Shown: piece after piece, positions 26,478 to 38,877 of the stretch
Layout: every line of letters begins with the position of its first letter
Numbering within the stretch: the first letter of the stretch is position 1
Assembly: GCA_965637545.1 (NCBI GenBank)
Contig: OZ281497.1
Span: forward strand, 22,754,001-22,818,000
Reading direction: 5' to 3'
Origin: Phallusia mammillata
Taxonomy: Eukaryota
DNA: 64,000 nt
Made by a program: the position numbers and the translations under genes
The notes under the pieces: model-generated
Databases searched by the model: none
The model's input: only the letters and a program-made list of their open reading frames with translations
What the model was told of the DNA's origin: nothing

Positions 26478-28380
26478 TGTAATAAGCATTGGTGCAAAGT
26501 GAAACCTAAATACCAAAAAAATCATAACGCTCTATTTTCTATTGTCTCGAGCACTCGCGGTCCATAAAGCTTAATGTTTGAAAAACTTGAGTTAACAAAC
26601 AATAGCTAATTTTCGCACTTCCTACAGAATAATGCAAAATTTAGTTCTGCAAAATTAAGCATAACAATTATGCTAAAGGAATTTGTGACACCATACAAAA
26701 GACAAACATTACGATTGTGTGCAAACTATTGCATTTTTTGTTGATTGTCATTGATTAAAACGCATTGTTCAGCAATAAAGACCGCTCTTCTTAAATTTTA
26801 CTTTCATCATCACGATCACACATCAAATACAATTGCATAAATTGTACAAGCTCTTGGTGGTCCTTTACGAAATTACCTTGCAGTCCCCAAAGAGACCGCG
26901 GAACCCAGTACCATTGTACTAAAACTAGACAAACAATCCTTTGTGACATCAATCATTCTGTGTAGTTGTGTTAATCACCTGTCGTTGCTTGTATTTTGCT
27001 GTCGCTGTTCTTTTTGAACAATTACTATATTTTGCGCCTTTAAGAAAATGGAAAAAAATATATTAAATCCGCTTCCAATTCCTCAAACACGATTTTCTCA
27101 TTTTGCGTGTTTAAGCCAGTTTGGGTTTCATTAAAACAAATAGATTGACATTGAGTAGTCATTTGGAGATGTGTGTAAGAATAAATCTATTTGACATACG
27201 TTAATTGCCAAGTCTACTTAATACTCCAATCCTGTCTTAATAATCAGATATATGTTTTCCGAAGATCGATTATATTTAAACACAATAATCAATTGTTTTT
27301 AAATAAAAAAATAAAACAGTTGTTTAAAAATGAGCAAATCAGCAAAAAAGCAACAACAAAACGACAAGAAAAACTCGTGCAGCAAAACGTGCGGGATATT
27401 TTTTTCGAAATAATGTTTAGAACGCTAAACACGGACTAAAAAAGTAGCTTGATCAAAAACAAAACTGCCAGAGATCTTGGAAGTAATGGTGAATGCATTG
27501 GAATTCAAAAGTTTTTACACTTTGTCGTAGCCATCAAAGAAAATCGCACTCAAAGTTGATATATGTACAGTACAAGTTTTTCTGACAGTTGTGTCTTTTT
27601 TTACAAAAATTTAATACAACACAAAAAAAATAATAGAGTAACAAAACGGCACGTCGCGGGCTACCGTTCTCTGCAAAAAAAACACCGTCAACGCATCAAT
27701 ACGGTACCAACGGCTCCTGCTACGCATCACAAGTGTCAAAGAGTCAAAAACTGGCTTGTTGAATCTTGAAAATATTATTTTTCCAAACTAGTTTCAACCG
27801 AGTTTTGCCTGGTATGTACAGATGGTCAATGGTCCGGAACAGAATCAATTCTAAAAAAAGGCTTTCAACTAGTTTGTCGGTTGTGTGTTGTTAGATGAGA
27901 TTTAAGCTTTTCTAGTGTTTAACACAACAAGCAAACAATGCTTTTTTTGTTAAAGTTTTTTAAATAATACACCACAAAAGCTGCGAATCTCAACATCGTT
28001 TTTTATATGTGCTCGCTAAATTGTCACTACTGTTTTCGGCACAACAATAAACTGAACGCATGGGAAAACTCATTCTTCCTATTGGTTGCAAAAAGCAATC
28101 TCGCACATTGCACTAATGCAGAAAAGTTTGTTCGAATTGCAGATTGGGGTAATAAAGTACCGTTAAGTTGATACATGTTGTTGTTGGCTAATGTTCAGTC
28201 GTTCAATGTTATCACTTGAAATATCGAAGCTCGTGGATCCGCTTTTTTCTTTTTTTCCTGAAAAAAAGTTAACATCAAAGCACATTCTTCTTCTTTTTCT
28301 TTAAAACACAATCCGGTATTTGTGTTGCATTATATGTATTTGATCGAATATTCAAACAAAACGTTTTATATTGTGAATGT

Positions 28381-29055
28381 GGATTCACATGAACCACGCA
28401 TCAATCATCTTAACTTCCATGTCTAATAGAATACCACAGTGCTAAGTAAAAAACGTCTCTGACTTCTACCCAGTTAGTTTATAACACCAGGCACAACATG
28501 AGTACTTGTTTTGATCATACGGTCCGTTTTTATTGTGTTGCCGCTGTTCTACGTGGTCAATCACTGAATTTAGCTTCATGAAGAAAAGAGAACGAATAAA
28601 CTGCATCCAATTCCAAATGCGCATAGCGTCGGTCAAAAAGGGTTCAACTCGAACGAAAAGATTAAAAGTGATTAACACATTATAATTTGTCTAAAACTTT
28701 TTTCTGTCAAGCCTACCTCGTGCACCACATCTGACTAAAGAATCACAAACACACTATGTCAGTGTTTTTAGTTTGTTTTAGCCGCGGAACCATTTTATAC
28801 GGGAAAAAATTGCGGCACCCCACCATAATGTATATGAAACAAATAAACCAGCTGTTTCAAAAGAAAAAACAATCAACAAAAAAGCAGCAAAAGGGAAGAA
28901 AAACAACATACAACTTTTCAAGGCCACGAACTTAAAAAGCAGCTTGACCAAAAACAAACCTGCCAGAAATCTTGTAAGTTATGTAAATGCACTGTAATAC
29001 GGGGTTTTTAACTCTCTGTCGTAGACATTAAAACAAATAGCACCCATTACATAAA
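28381..29055 (+). pseudogene. Duplicate of the last exon and 3' flank of gene B
   Basis: Near-identical to 22136-22830. Starts inside the last exon and lacks its splice acceptor. Confidence 0.85.
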
Positions 29056-30644
29056 TAAATGAAAATGGAAATGTACAGAAGTTTTCTGGCAGTTGTGTTT
29101 TCAATCAATAATGCAACAGAAACATTGGTTACAGAATAAGCATGTATATAGTGCAAAACTGAACCTAAAAAGCACCGTAAACGACATATACGATAACATT
29201 TACGCAATATGAACGGTACGTATCCCGAAGTGAGAAGTGTCAAAGAATCAAAAACTGATATGCTTTTCTAGACTCTCTCGTTGCTTGAAATAACTTTTTT
29301 CCAAGCTAGTTTAAACCGAGATACTTTTGGTATGTACAGATGTACCATAGTCCTGTCCAGAGCTTATTCTAAAAATGCGAAAAAAACATTATTAACAATG
29401 TAGGTTATCTTCTGTTTGTCGAAATCTAACATTCTCTACTGTTTAACAAATTAATATTTTTTTTGTGTTTGCTTATCATATACTGGTTGATGCTTGTACT
29501 TATTTTTTTAGGTATTTATTATTTTGTTTGTATTTATTTTATGCATTATCAAGCAAATTATTTGTTTTTGCTTAATAAATTAATGGTTAAAGGACTAACG
29601 AATATTTTCTTTGTGTTATTGTTAGCCTTAATCAATTAACACACCGCGCTAAAGCAGAAACGTTATTTGAACTTTAAAAAGGGTTGATAACGTACAGTTA
29701 AGTTGACAGCTCCTGTTGTTGGCCAATGTTCAACTGTTGAATGTTGTCACTTGAAATACCGAAGGATCCGTTTTTTTCGTTTTGTCCTGATAACAGGCAG
29801 ATGACATGTTAAAACATTTTTTTCTTTCAAACACACCCCAGTGTTTCTATTACCTTATATTTACTTGGTTGATTATTTTAAACTTAGTCTAAGCTACCAC
29901 TTGTAAGTAAGCAAAACGTTTGTTGTTGTGAAAAGTTTGACTACAGGCAGGGTTAGATACTTCGCGTATGACGTCACAATGGATTTTATAATAGCTTTGT
30001 TACGTCACACTCATACAAGTGGAGATAATTCACAGTTTGATTAAGAGGCAACCACTGTTAGAAACAACTGTGTCGAGTGTCAAAAAATGTCATATGTATA
30101 CGATCGAATCGTGATTATAACGTTCGTTACTTACAGCAAGAGTGAGGGAGCTTCACATGGCCTTAGGCTAACCAGCATTTAGTTGATATTGCGAGTTTAG
30201 TAGGCACAACAGGTGCTAACAGAGAGGTCTACACAGTCTATCGCCAGATGGCGCACTTGTCACCGCAAGCTGGCGCATTTGTCACAGCAAGGTGGCGCAA
30301 TATATTTTATGTTGTTGCCCCCCTAAAAACGTGGGTGGGACACGCAAATACTTTAAATAAAGTGTGTGTGAAAATTTTAGGGTTTGTCTGAGGCAGGGGT
30401 GTCCAACTCGAACATCTGGCCGTGCCAATTTTTTTATTGTCACCATAAACGCCCGTGCTCCGTTGGAAATTCCCAAACCTGGCTACAGTGAGTTCTTACG
30501 TTAGTAACTCTACCGTCAGTTCATGTGTTAGTAGCTGTATCACCCAAAGTAGCTCTATGCAGTATAGTTTTAAGGCCAATATATATATTTTTGTTGTTCA
30601 ACGGATACATGTCTTTAAATACGCATTGAAGAAAAAAAACATAC

Positions 30645-31636
30645 CGGTGTGGTGACCAAGGAATGCGATATATGAATGCATCCCGTAGCAATTTCCCACC
30701 AGAACGGTGATCTTATTATGCCTCTCGTTCAAGTCATTAATGCTCAGTCTAAACTGGACTTCAACGCGGTATGTTAAATCCACTTCGTACATGGGAGGGG
30801 GCTTGACTTCAACCTCATCACTCACAATTCCAATTTCCACCTTTTCAGTAAGTCTACAAAACAATAGAATGCACATGTATGTATATTACCAAAAATTAAT
30901 GAAAGTGTCAACTGTAGTAGATGCCTAAAATTTGGAAGTCTCCTATTTGTTGAGTCTGTATATGTTTCTATAGCCTGCTTCTAAGACCAAATATAACACA
31001 TCAAAATTTTATGTTGCTTGATTTTGTACAAAGACGGCATTTGTATCTAAGCATGTTATTAAGGTGTTACCTGCACCAAAACCGAAGTGAGAACATTACT
31101 CACCTGATTCTAATGTTGCTATTATATAACACGTGCCCGTCGTTGGGGTTAAGGTCGACACTTCGATCAAGCAAGAAGACTGATATCACCCTGGTCGTCT
31201 CGGTCCTGAGATGAGGTTTTAGGGTGATGGCCAACTTCAGCTGTGTGAAATCGCTGCAATACAAAAACATGGAGAATTTGTTGGATCAAACAAATCGTCT
31301 TGAAAAAAGCTCTAACTTACTCAAAAAAATCAGACATTTTCACAGTTTTGATGATCCCTAGTTTACAGCAAGCTGTTTATCAGTATCAGCAAATTTCCAA
31401 AAGCTTTCAGCCCCAGAGTATTAACAAAGCCTTATTATCCCTATTTACCTACAATTCAAATCGGTAGTTAAAACAAAAAGCTGTGTAAGGTTTAATGAAT
31501 TAAGGCACAATGTGGATAAAATAAAAACAAATAATTTGCACTACATCTACATTTTGCAACAACAACAAATATGCTAGTAAAATGGTGGTGAAGTAGAAAA
31601 AGCTTTGTACAAACTATACATTGTTTTCGTGGACAT
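30645..31636 (-). CDS. Small beta-domain family gene D (A-like; terminal exon not resolved)
   Basis: Exons 31636-31620, 31253-31104, 30853-30645: MSTKTIDFTQLKLAITLKPHLRTE..IVSDEVEV..RVEVQFRL..HNKITVLVG; same intron phases as A/B/C. Confidence 0.75.
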
Positions 31637-31886
31637 GTATGAGCAGTGTATGAGTTAATGATAAACAAAACTGCAAAAGGATAAAATCAACATGGTTTAG
31701 GAAAAATACTGATTATCTATTTGATCCGAAGTTCCATACACATGTACAAATGTTCGAAATAGAAAGGGTTCTAAAATCACAAAAAATATCAGTTTTCATG
31801 AATTTTTGGCATTTTTGGAAAATATTTTTGCTATTGTCTGTTTCTAAGAGACATTAATTTTACAAACATTGAAAGATTGCTGAAGT

Positions 31887-33105
31887 CTAAAAGGTGGCCT
31901 GATTAACATCTTTTGGGATCATCCCTGTGATGTAAAAAGGCTGCTTCAACCTAACTTCTCCATCAATGCACACTTTTATCCAAATTTGTTTGTGATTGAT
32001 GGATTCCTCATCTTTGCTCCAGATCATGGCCTGGTATTTGCCCCAAGCGATTCCTTCAACTTCGTCACTCCACATGTCCACATTTAAGTCCTCCCTGAAG
32101 ATACGGCTGAAAATATAGAGCTGTCATTTAGAACAGGTTTAGAACTCTTATTGGTCACTAACAACAGTGTTCTGTGGTTTGTTTCGATGTGCTACCGTTA
32201 TTGCAAGACTGAACAACAATATTTTTGTACTTAAAATGCTTTGTAATCTGAAATGCCCTTTGCGTAATGCACATGCACAGTTAAGAGTCACTAATGTACA
32301 TTATAAGCAATCGTTTTGTTAGGGAAAAGAAGTCATCTTTGCACGAATTAACATCACATGTGTTAATAAATCGAAGAACTATTTCATCTTACCTAAAATT
32401 AGCTACGTCGCCTCTGTAGATGATATTAGTTTTTAGGAGCTGTGTTGGTTTTGATGGAACAATTTGTAGGCCCAGTCCAAAAACGCAAACTTCGACAGAA
32501 CATGACCGAGGTTGCATATGGACGAACAAATGCATTTTATATTTCCTCATCGGGTCATCATTTTTGCCCTAAACAAAAGTATGAATTGTAATGACAGTAT
32601 TATCGGGTAATGCCTATATAACACACAAATGCGGCCCGTTTAGGAAAACTCTCAAATATACCTTCAAAGTAGGAGGCCTATACATGTCAAAATTGTGCAA
32701 TGGATATTCTGCATTAGCTTTATCCACGGATAAATCTCTGCAGCATGTGTGGGTGCTTTCCACTTGTTGAAAATCACCAACCACCTGGTAAAACAAAAGA
32801 AACAATCTCATAAAATATTACTTTGAAAAAACTAAGCTTGCAAATTTATGCAGACGTTTTAATATGTTAACAGTTGTCACTATGAATTAAAAAAATGTTT
32901 TCGGAAGCTTTGTGGAAATATCCTATTTAAACAAACAATAAAGTTAATCAAACATAAAAGAATCAGAAAAAAACACCTTTAATCTCAAGTAAAGACAGAA
33001 ACAGATCATCAAGCTTATGATGGAAAGTAGCACATTTTTGCAACTTTTCAGGATTTGAGTGAGGTTCTGTTTGGCTTTGTGATAATCTTTAAAACTTTTT
33101 ATCAT
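31887..33105 (-). CDS. Small beta-domain family gene F (E-like; N-terminal extension, 5' end uncertain)
   Basis: Exons 33105-32977, 32784-32662, 32568-32393, 32106-31887, phase consistent. KMHLFVHMQP..PTQLLKTNII..WSDEV..HKQIWIKV..PFYI. First exon has a hydrophobic stretch VLLSIISLMICFCLYL. Confidence 0.65.
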
Positions 33106-35639
33106 CTGAAAAAAACAGCAAAAGTGCATAAACAAAAAAAAGACAAATGAAAGTATCACACAAAGGCTTTAAATTAAATTTTATCACTCGTTACAAACAT
33201 TTGCTATGTAGTAGCGTCTCCTAGTCTTTTATTTGCAATGTGCATGTTTTTATTTGAGGAAGTGCGCCGCAACGCAAGGTTGGACTAATAAAATTGATTA
33301 TGAAGCAATAGTCACATGCACTTATCCGGACTCACTGCTGGCATTTTTCTTTTTACCTTAAAATATTGTTAGGTTCTCGTAAAGTTTTCTTTTTAGAATT
33401 ACCAAAAGAAAAATATATCTCGCAAAAGGTCAATAATCACTTGAGATTAGAATTTTCTTGCCCCGTTGAGATCAAGTTAAACAAACGAAACTCGATAATT
33501 GACATTGATTTTGTAATGTGGGGGGTTGTAAACGAGTTAACACCACTTTATGTCTACATTGCTAAAACAATGCAGTAACAAGTTGTTGCTTTGGAATGTT
33601 GAATGCAAACCTGCACAACAGCAACTAAAAGAGGATCCAAGCAACATATCTAGAATTATTTCATGTTGGCCCAAGAAAGTCATCAACAAAAACAGATTAA
33701 TAGTTTTTTAATTCAAGTTGGTCTTGTTGTGCTGATGCAATATGTACAAGCCCTGGCCAGAAAATAAATGAGATTTTAAGGTGAATATTGTTTTTTATAT
33801 ATGTTGACTCTAAGTATCGGGTATCGAATCGGACCGCGGTAGTTTTTGTGTAAAATATCGGGTATCGGTATCGGATTGAAATTGGGTATCGGGTCAACCC
33901 TAATACAAAGTTGTGGAAAATTGTAAAAGGTGTACAACGGGGAAAAAGTTAAAAAGCACTGTGCCAGAGGATGTTAATTGCACCTCTTCTAAGAAAATTT
34001 TCAATCAAAATTAAGGCCTAAGTGAAACAAATACCACTTTTTAGCAATCTTTTAAATATTGGCTTCATGCTTCAAAATTAGAAGTTTTCGTTTTTTTAAA
34101 AAAATTCAACAAGGATTTAAAAATATTTTACAAAACATCAGCGGTTTTACTTTGCGTTATTTAAAGACCTACGTTATTTACTTTTACAAAAAACGTTCAT
34201 GAATCATGTGCATGGTGGTGTATAAATAAGATAAGAGCTAGTACTGCCTATAAACGTGCCAGGAGAAGTGATTTTTTTATGGCACGCTTCTTAAGTTCGC
34301 AAGGACGTACTGTTTGATATAATTCGAACTGCTACAATAATTGTTTTCTATTTTGTTTTTATGTAAGGGTCCTATAAACCTAGGATTCTGGTATGAATTT
34401 GTCAGCGTTTGTTCTGATAACTGTCAAAAAACAGACAAACGGCTAATAGACACAAACATGTTTGCACGAATCCCCTTCTCAGTTTAAAATAAGTAAATTG
34501 GCACGCGTAGTTTAAAGGTTGCCGACCCCTGGACCAAGCAAATTGAACCATAGAAAAAAAACCTTGATTTCTTCTGAATTTGATTGAGGAAACGAAACAG
34601 CCGAACATGCACAACAATGGTCGGGTTTTGTTTTCTGCAATATTTTAGAAGTCAGATAACTCTGTATCTGAAAAATAAAAAATAGGTTCAAGTGTAAGAA
34701 AAAATATTTCGTAGCATTAGTTACTTGTTGACGGCGTGTTTGAGATAAACTCCACTCCTGTGAATGTTCTCTCAACATACCTACAAAAGAACAAGAGAGA
34801 AAAGCAGTTTAGATAATTTTGGACACGTCTTTAGGTCATTCTGGTCATGGCCAATTACTTTTGCCTACCTATACCAACAACAAAAAATGAAAATAAAGAT
34901 ACTGAACGAACAGTGAGAAATATAGCAGGTTGCATATATCGTTGGTTAAACTCGCAGGTTCGGCTGGCCAAATGTGCCACTAAGTTAAATTTAGGAAAAA
35001 TTATCCACTAGAATTTTTTTGTTTTTGCAAAAAGTAGTGTAGTTCGTGAGATTCGCCATTAAGATTGGTAGAAAACTGCAAAAAGCTTATCTTTTGTGCA
35101 ACTTACCGGTAATGAATAGTGATTCCCTGTCCTGGGAAACACAAGTTCGTTCAACAGAACATAATATTAGAAAAATAATTCCAGCAACAAAAACCGACAT
35201 ATCCGCCTAAAAAAGACAATTTTGATAAATTTGTAACAATACATATTTTTGCAATATCTTTACGCTGATTGTTTGTAGGTTACTTTTCATAGTTTTAAAA
35301 CACTTTGGAAGGTTTTCTATCGTATCTAGTTGTCGCAGGAATTTAATGATTATTTATTTCTGCATGGAAGTGAACGTACAGGTTTGAAATAGTTTTTTTT
35401 TATGCACAACTGTAGACTTTTCTAACTTTTTTACTTTCTAACTTTGCGAACTATTGGGCTGAATTCGGACTGGGTTAGGGCCCGCTTACAGTTCTATTTG
35501 TTTCAGACTTTTGAAATCACATCGCGCCAGTCTTTAAAACAAAAACGCAGAATAGTTCGACCCCAAATCAGCCGAACAAAATTCATTTAATGTAGTTGTT
35601 TGGGGGTTGCCATGATTTTAAATAAGACTGCTTACACTT

Positions 35640-35900
35640 TTTTTCATAACAAGCACCATTAATATAACAGGAAACTTGACTCGATAAACAACGTTGTTTT
35701 TTCGGTGTATAAGTGGTGTCGCAATTGCGCAATTACACTTTTTCAATGCCGAGAACAATATTGCTGGATACAAGATTTTAACCCCAATCCCAAAATAGCC
35801 CCGACGTATTCGTCCCTCGTGGGGAATCAACGGTATTTTTACCCAGGGGAACAACCCACGGGACCCGATCAGGGAATTGGTGCAGTATTATGTCGGTCAC
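35640..35900 (-). mobile_element. Possible Penelope-like RT/GIY-YIG linker remnant
   Basis: FPWVK..GVKILYP..PLIHRKNNVVYRV resembles the PLE linker (LPWI..VIF..P...SNVVY). Weak, by-eye similarity only. Confidence 0.35.
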
Positions 35901-36146
35901 AGTTAGATGAACACCAGTTTGGATTTCAATTCAGCAGACACGTAAAAAGTACTTCGTTAAAACAATGCAAGCAATACAGAGCCATATATTGTGAGCTGAT
36001 TAATATCACATTTAAAAAGTAAGTGAAACATTTACCATGCGAAAATATTAAAATTATGTTAAAAAGTGGTGAAAAATTTAAAGACTGTTCCTCACTATTT
36101 TAATATTACAGTTAATTTATCAAATAGCATTGATATCCCAGAATGA

Positions 36147-36345
36147 CTACTGTCGTGGGTTTGAACTTTGAGTCCCTTTGCAGACTAGATTTTTCTAGCC
36201 TCCGCCTTGCTTTTGGAAGTGCTTTGGTGACCAGCAGACTCGACATAGCGCCTTAGACCTGGCGTACTATGATTTTATATGAGCCGTGATCGCTGGTTTT
36301 CGACGCTTCGGGGCTGATTCCAGCTATTTATCTATGTCTTAACCA
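36147..36345 (+). mobile_element. Degenerate fragment of the tRNA-like repeat family
   Basis: CTGTCGTGGGTTTGAA..CTAGATTTTCTAGCC..TTGGTGACC..CCTGGCGTACT..GCCGTGATCGCTGG..CGACGCTTC colinear with 53090-53290. Confidence 0.8.
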
Positions 36346-38665
36346 TTCATATCGATACGAATTTGTATTCATTATAAGACAACACTTCAAAAATCATATT
36401 TGATTTTGCAGTTTTTTTTACAAACGACACCCACGCAATGTGTTTGACACAAAGACATGTACGTGCAAATAAAAATAATAAAATTTAAATGCTTACCGAT
36501 TTTTTTAGTTGTCCTATATGGTACAACTTTTGCTGAGAGACCCTCGGACTTAAAATTTAAATCACAAAATGTGATGCTAACACTTGACTCTTTCTCGTGC
36601 AATGAAACAAAAAATCGTTTTGAAAATGTTTTTAAACCCCAAAGTGCAGGTAGATCCTGTGCTGAATTCCCCAAACTTTACCCAGGTGGATACCCATCAG
36701 ACAGAAAGAGGTACTTAAAACCGCTAAATTATTTGGGTGTCATGCACCGTGAACACGACAGCAGGATATGGCTTCTGGAAAGTTAATACCTTTTTTGATA
36801 CAAAACAAACGCAGCGTTGTTTTTAAGCGTGGCATGTATTTAAAACTTCAAACTCAGTTTTAAATACGGGCATGTATTTAAAACTTCAAACTTATTTAAA
36901 ACTTCAAAGTTTTCCAGTTTTAGAAATGGTTGTAGTGGCAAAGTCTACACTGCACTCGCCTTAGTTGAGCACTAATTACATTGTAAGCATAATGTTATCA
37001 TTTATTAGAAGAACGTCATCAGAGTTTTTCAGCAGTTTGGTTGGTGGTGGCAAGGTTAAAAAGGTTTTTCAAAACGCAAAGAAAAAACAAAAGAGTACCA
37101 CCTATTTTCAACATTCTACTTTTACCAAAGCCCCCGAACCAATTTGTTACATTTTACATCAGCTTGTGTTTACAATCCGTTTTTGCTTTGTAACAATTTT
37201 TGCTTTGTTAGGTTCTGCGAGTTGGTCTTAGTCATGAAGCCACCGCACCAACGTCAAGGTGCCAACCCTCGCGGTGGGTCTACTCTGAAGCAGCAGAGGG
37301 AGTCTCGCCCGGCGCAGAACCCCGAACAGCAGGGCGAGAAAGAGAGACTGGCCCATTTGCCCAAAACAAAATTCACTGGACGACTGAATGGGCTTAGGCA
37401 TACCTGGGTACTTACACACGATGGTATTTCGGTTGGAGTTGCAGTATCTGTTATAACCTGTAAAATCTGAAACACGCAAAAAAACTAAATTTAGAAATCA
37501 AAACCGCACAGAACAACTGACTTTTCAAACACATGCAAACACAAAGTTTGTTGAAATGAAATACAAGTTTCAATATTTAGTTAACGACGATATAAAGGTG
37601 GTTGATTCTGCAAAACTAAAATAAAATTCCAAAAAAAAGGGTGGATATTATTAACCCATTTTCAAACATCTTCATAAAACAAGAAATTACGTTAGTACTA
37701 TTTACATGTGGCATTATCTTATGTAACTTACCATTATTATAACGCCAATTTACCCGCTAGTTTGTATATGTTTGATTTTTCTTCATGTAAATATTTAAAT
37801 ATTTGTGAAAGCATTCAGAACGCCTGAAAAACAGCAAAGTTTTAGTAAACATTGAACAAGGAATTTAAAGTAGGTCCAACATCCCCAACTTACCGATATG
37901 TTTATTTCGGCTCATTTCCTTCTTTCACATAAGTTTTATTTTTTACAGTTTTTCAATCGCCAATCTGCAACAATAAACAAAGCATTAGGTTTTACAATTA
38001 GTTTGTGATTTTCTTGGCGTCTTCGTCTTTCACCTGCAAAACACAGAAGTATGTTAAATATTTCAGTACAAACAAATACAAGGCTTTAAGTTCGTACGAG
38101 TAGTCAAATCATTTTGTTTTACAAAATCCACGCGATTTCAGCAAATCAACATTCAGCCTGCACTTGCTATTATCAGAGGCTGATCTAATAGTTTTTCATC
38201 TTGACAATGGCGATCCCAAAACACTGTCTTTTTCTGCTCTCCTAGAGGCATCAGACCTCTAGTAAAACTAAATGCACCACTAACACTAATACAAAACAGT
38301 CTGTAACTGATCTGCAATCTGATGGGGAAACAGACCCCCGCAGTAACTAAGTTAACTAAGAGTGAAATTCCTTTCACCCTGGAGCAGGTTTACCGTTAAT
38401 TCAACCTGAGAATATATCCACCATCTGTTATTTAGATATATTCATCACTGAAAATGATTTGTTTAGTCTTGTGGACTTTTATGATAACAAAGTGGATTAT
38501 GCGCTCCATGGTTAAAATAGAGTTTACATATTTGGAAACAACGATTAATGCTCTTTGAGGCATTTAGGCTACAACGTAGTTTAAATTAAGGGTTTGAAAT
38601 GTCGTTTAGCCCATTATCAATGCTTTATGAGCATATTCAGGAATTAAGGCCTATATATGTTGATC

Positions 38666-38877
38666 TTCGTACATCTGGTACACGAATCGAACGCTGGTTG
38701 GTTGCACTTCGCTCATCTGGGACTCGAATCGAACGCTGGTTGGTTGCACTTCGCTCATCTGGTACACAAATCGAACACTGATTGGTTGCACTTCACTCAT
38801 CTGGTACACGAATCGAACGCTGATTGGTTGCACTTCTCTCATCTGGTACACGAATCGAACGTACATTGGTTGACGAT
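38666..38877. repeat. 42-bp tandem repeat, about 5 copies
   Basis: Unit CTCATCTGGTACACGAATCGAACGCTG(G/A)TTGGTTGCACTTCG. Confidence 0.95.

Noticed and set aside
35705-36022. LINE RT fragment on plus strand (HQFGF)
   Set aside because: Single short motif; the opposite strand fits a Penelope linker better.
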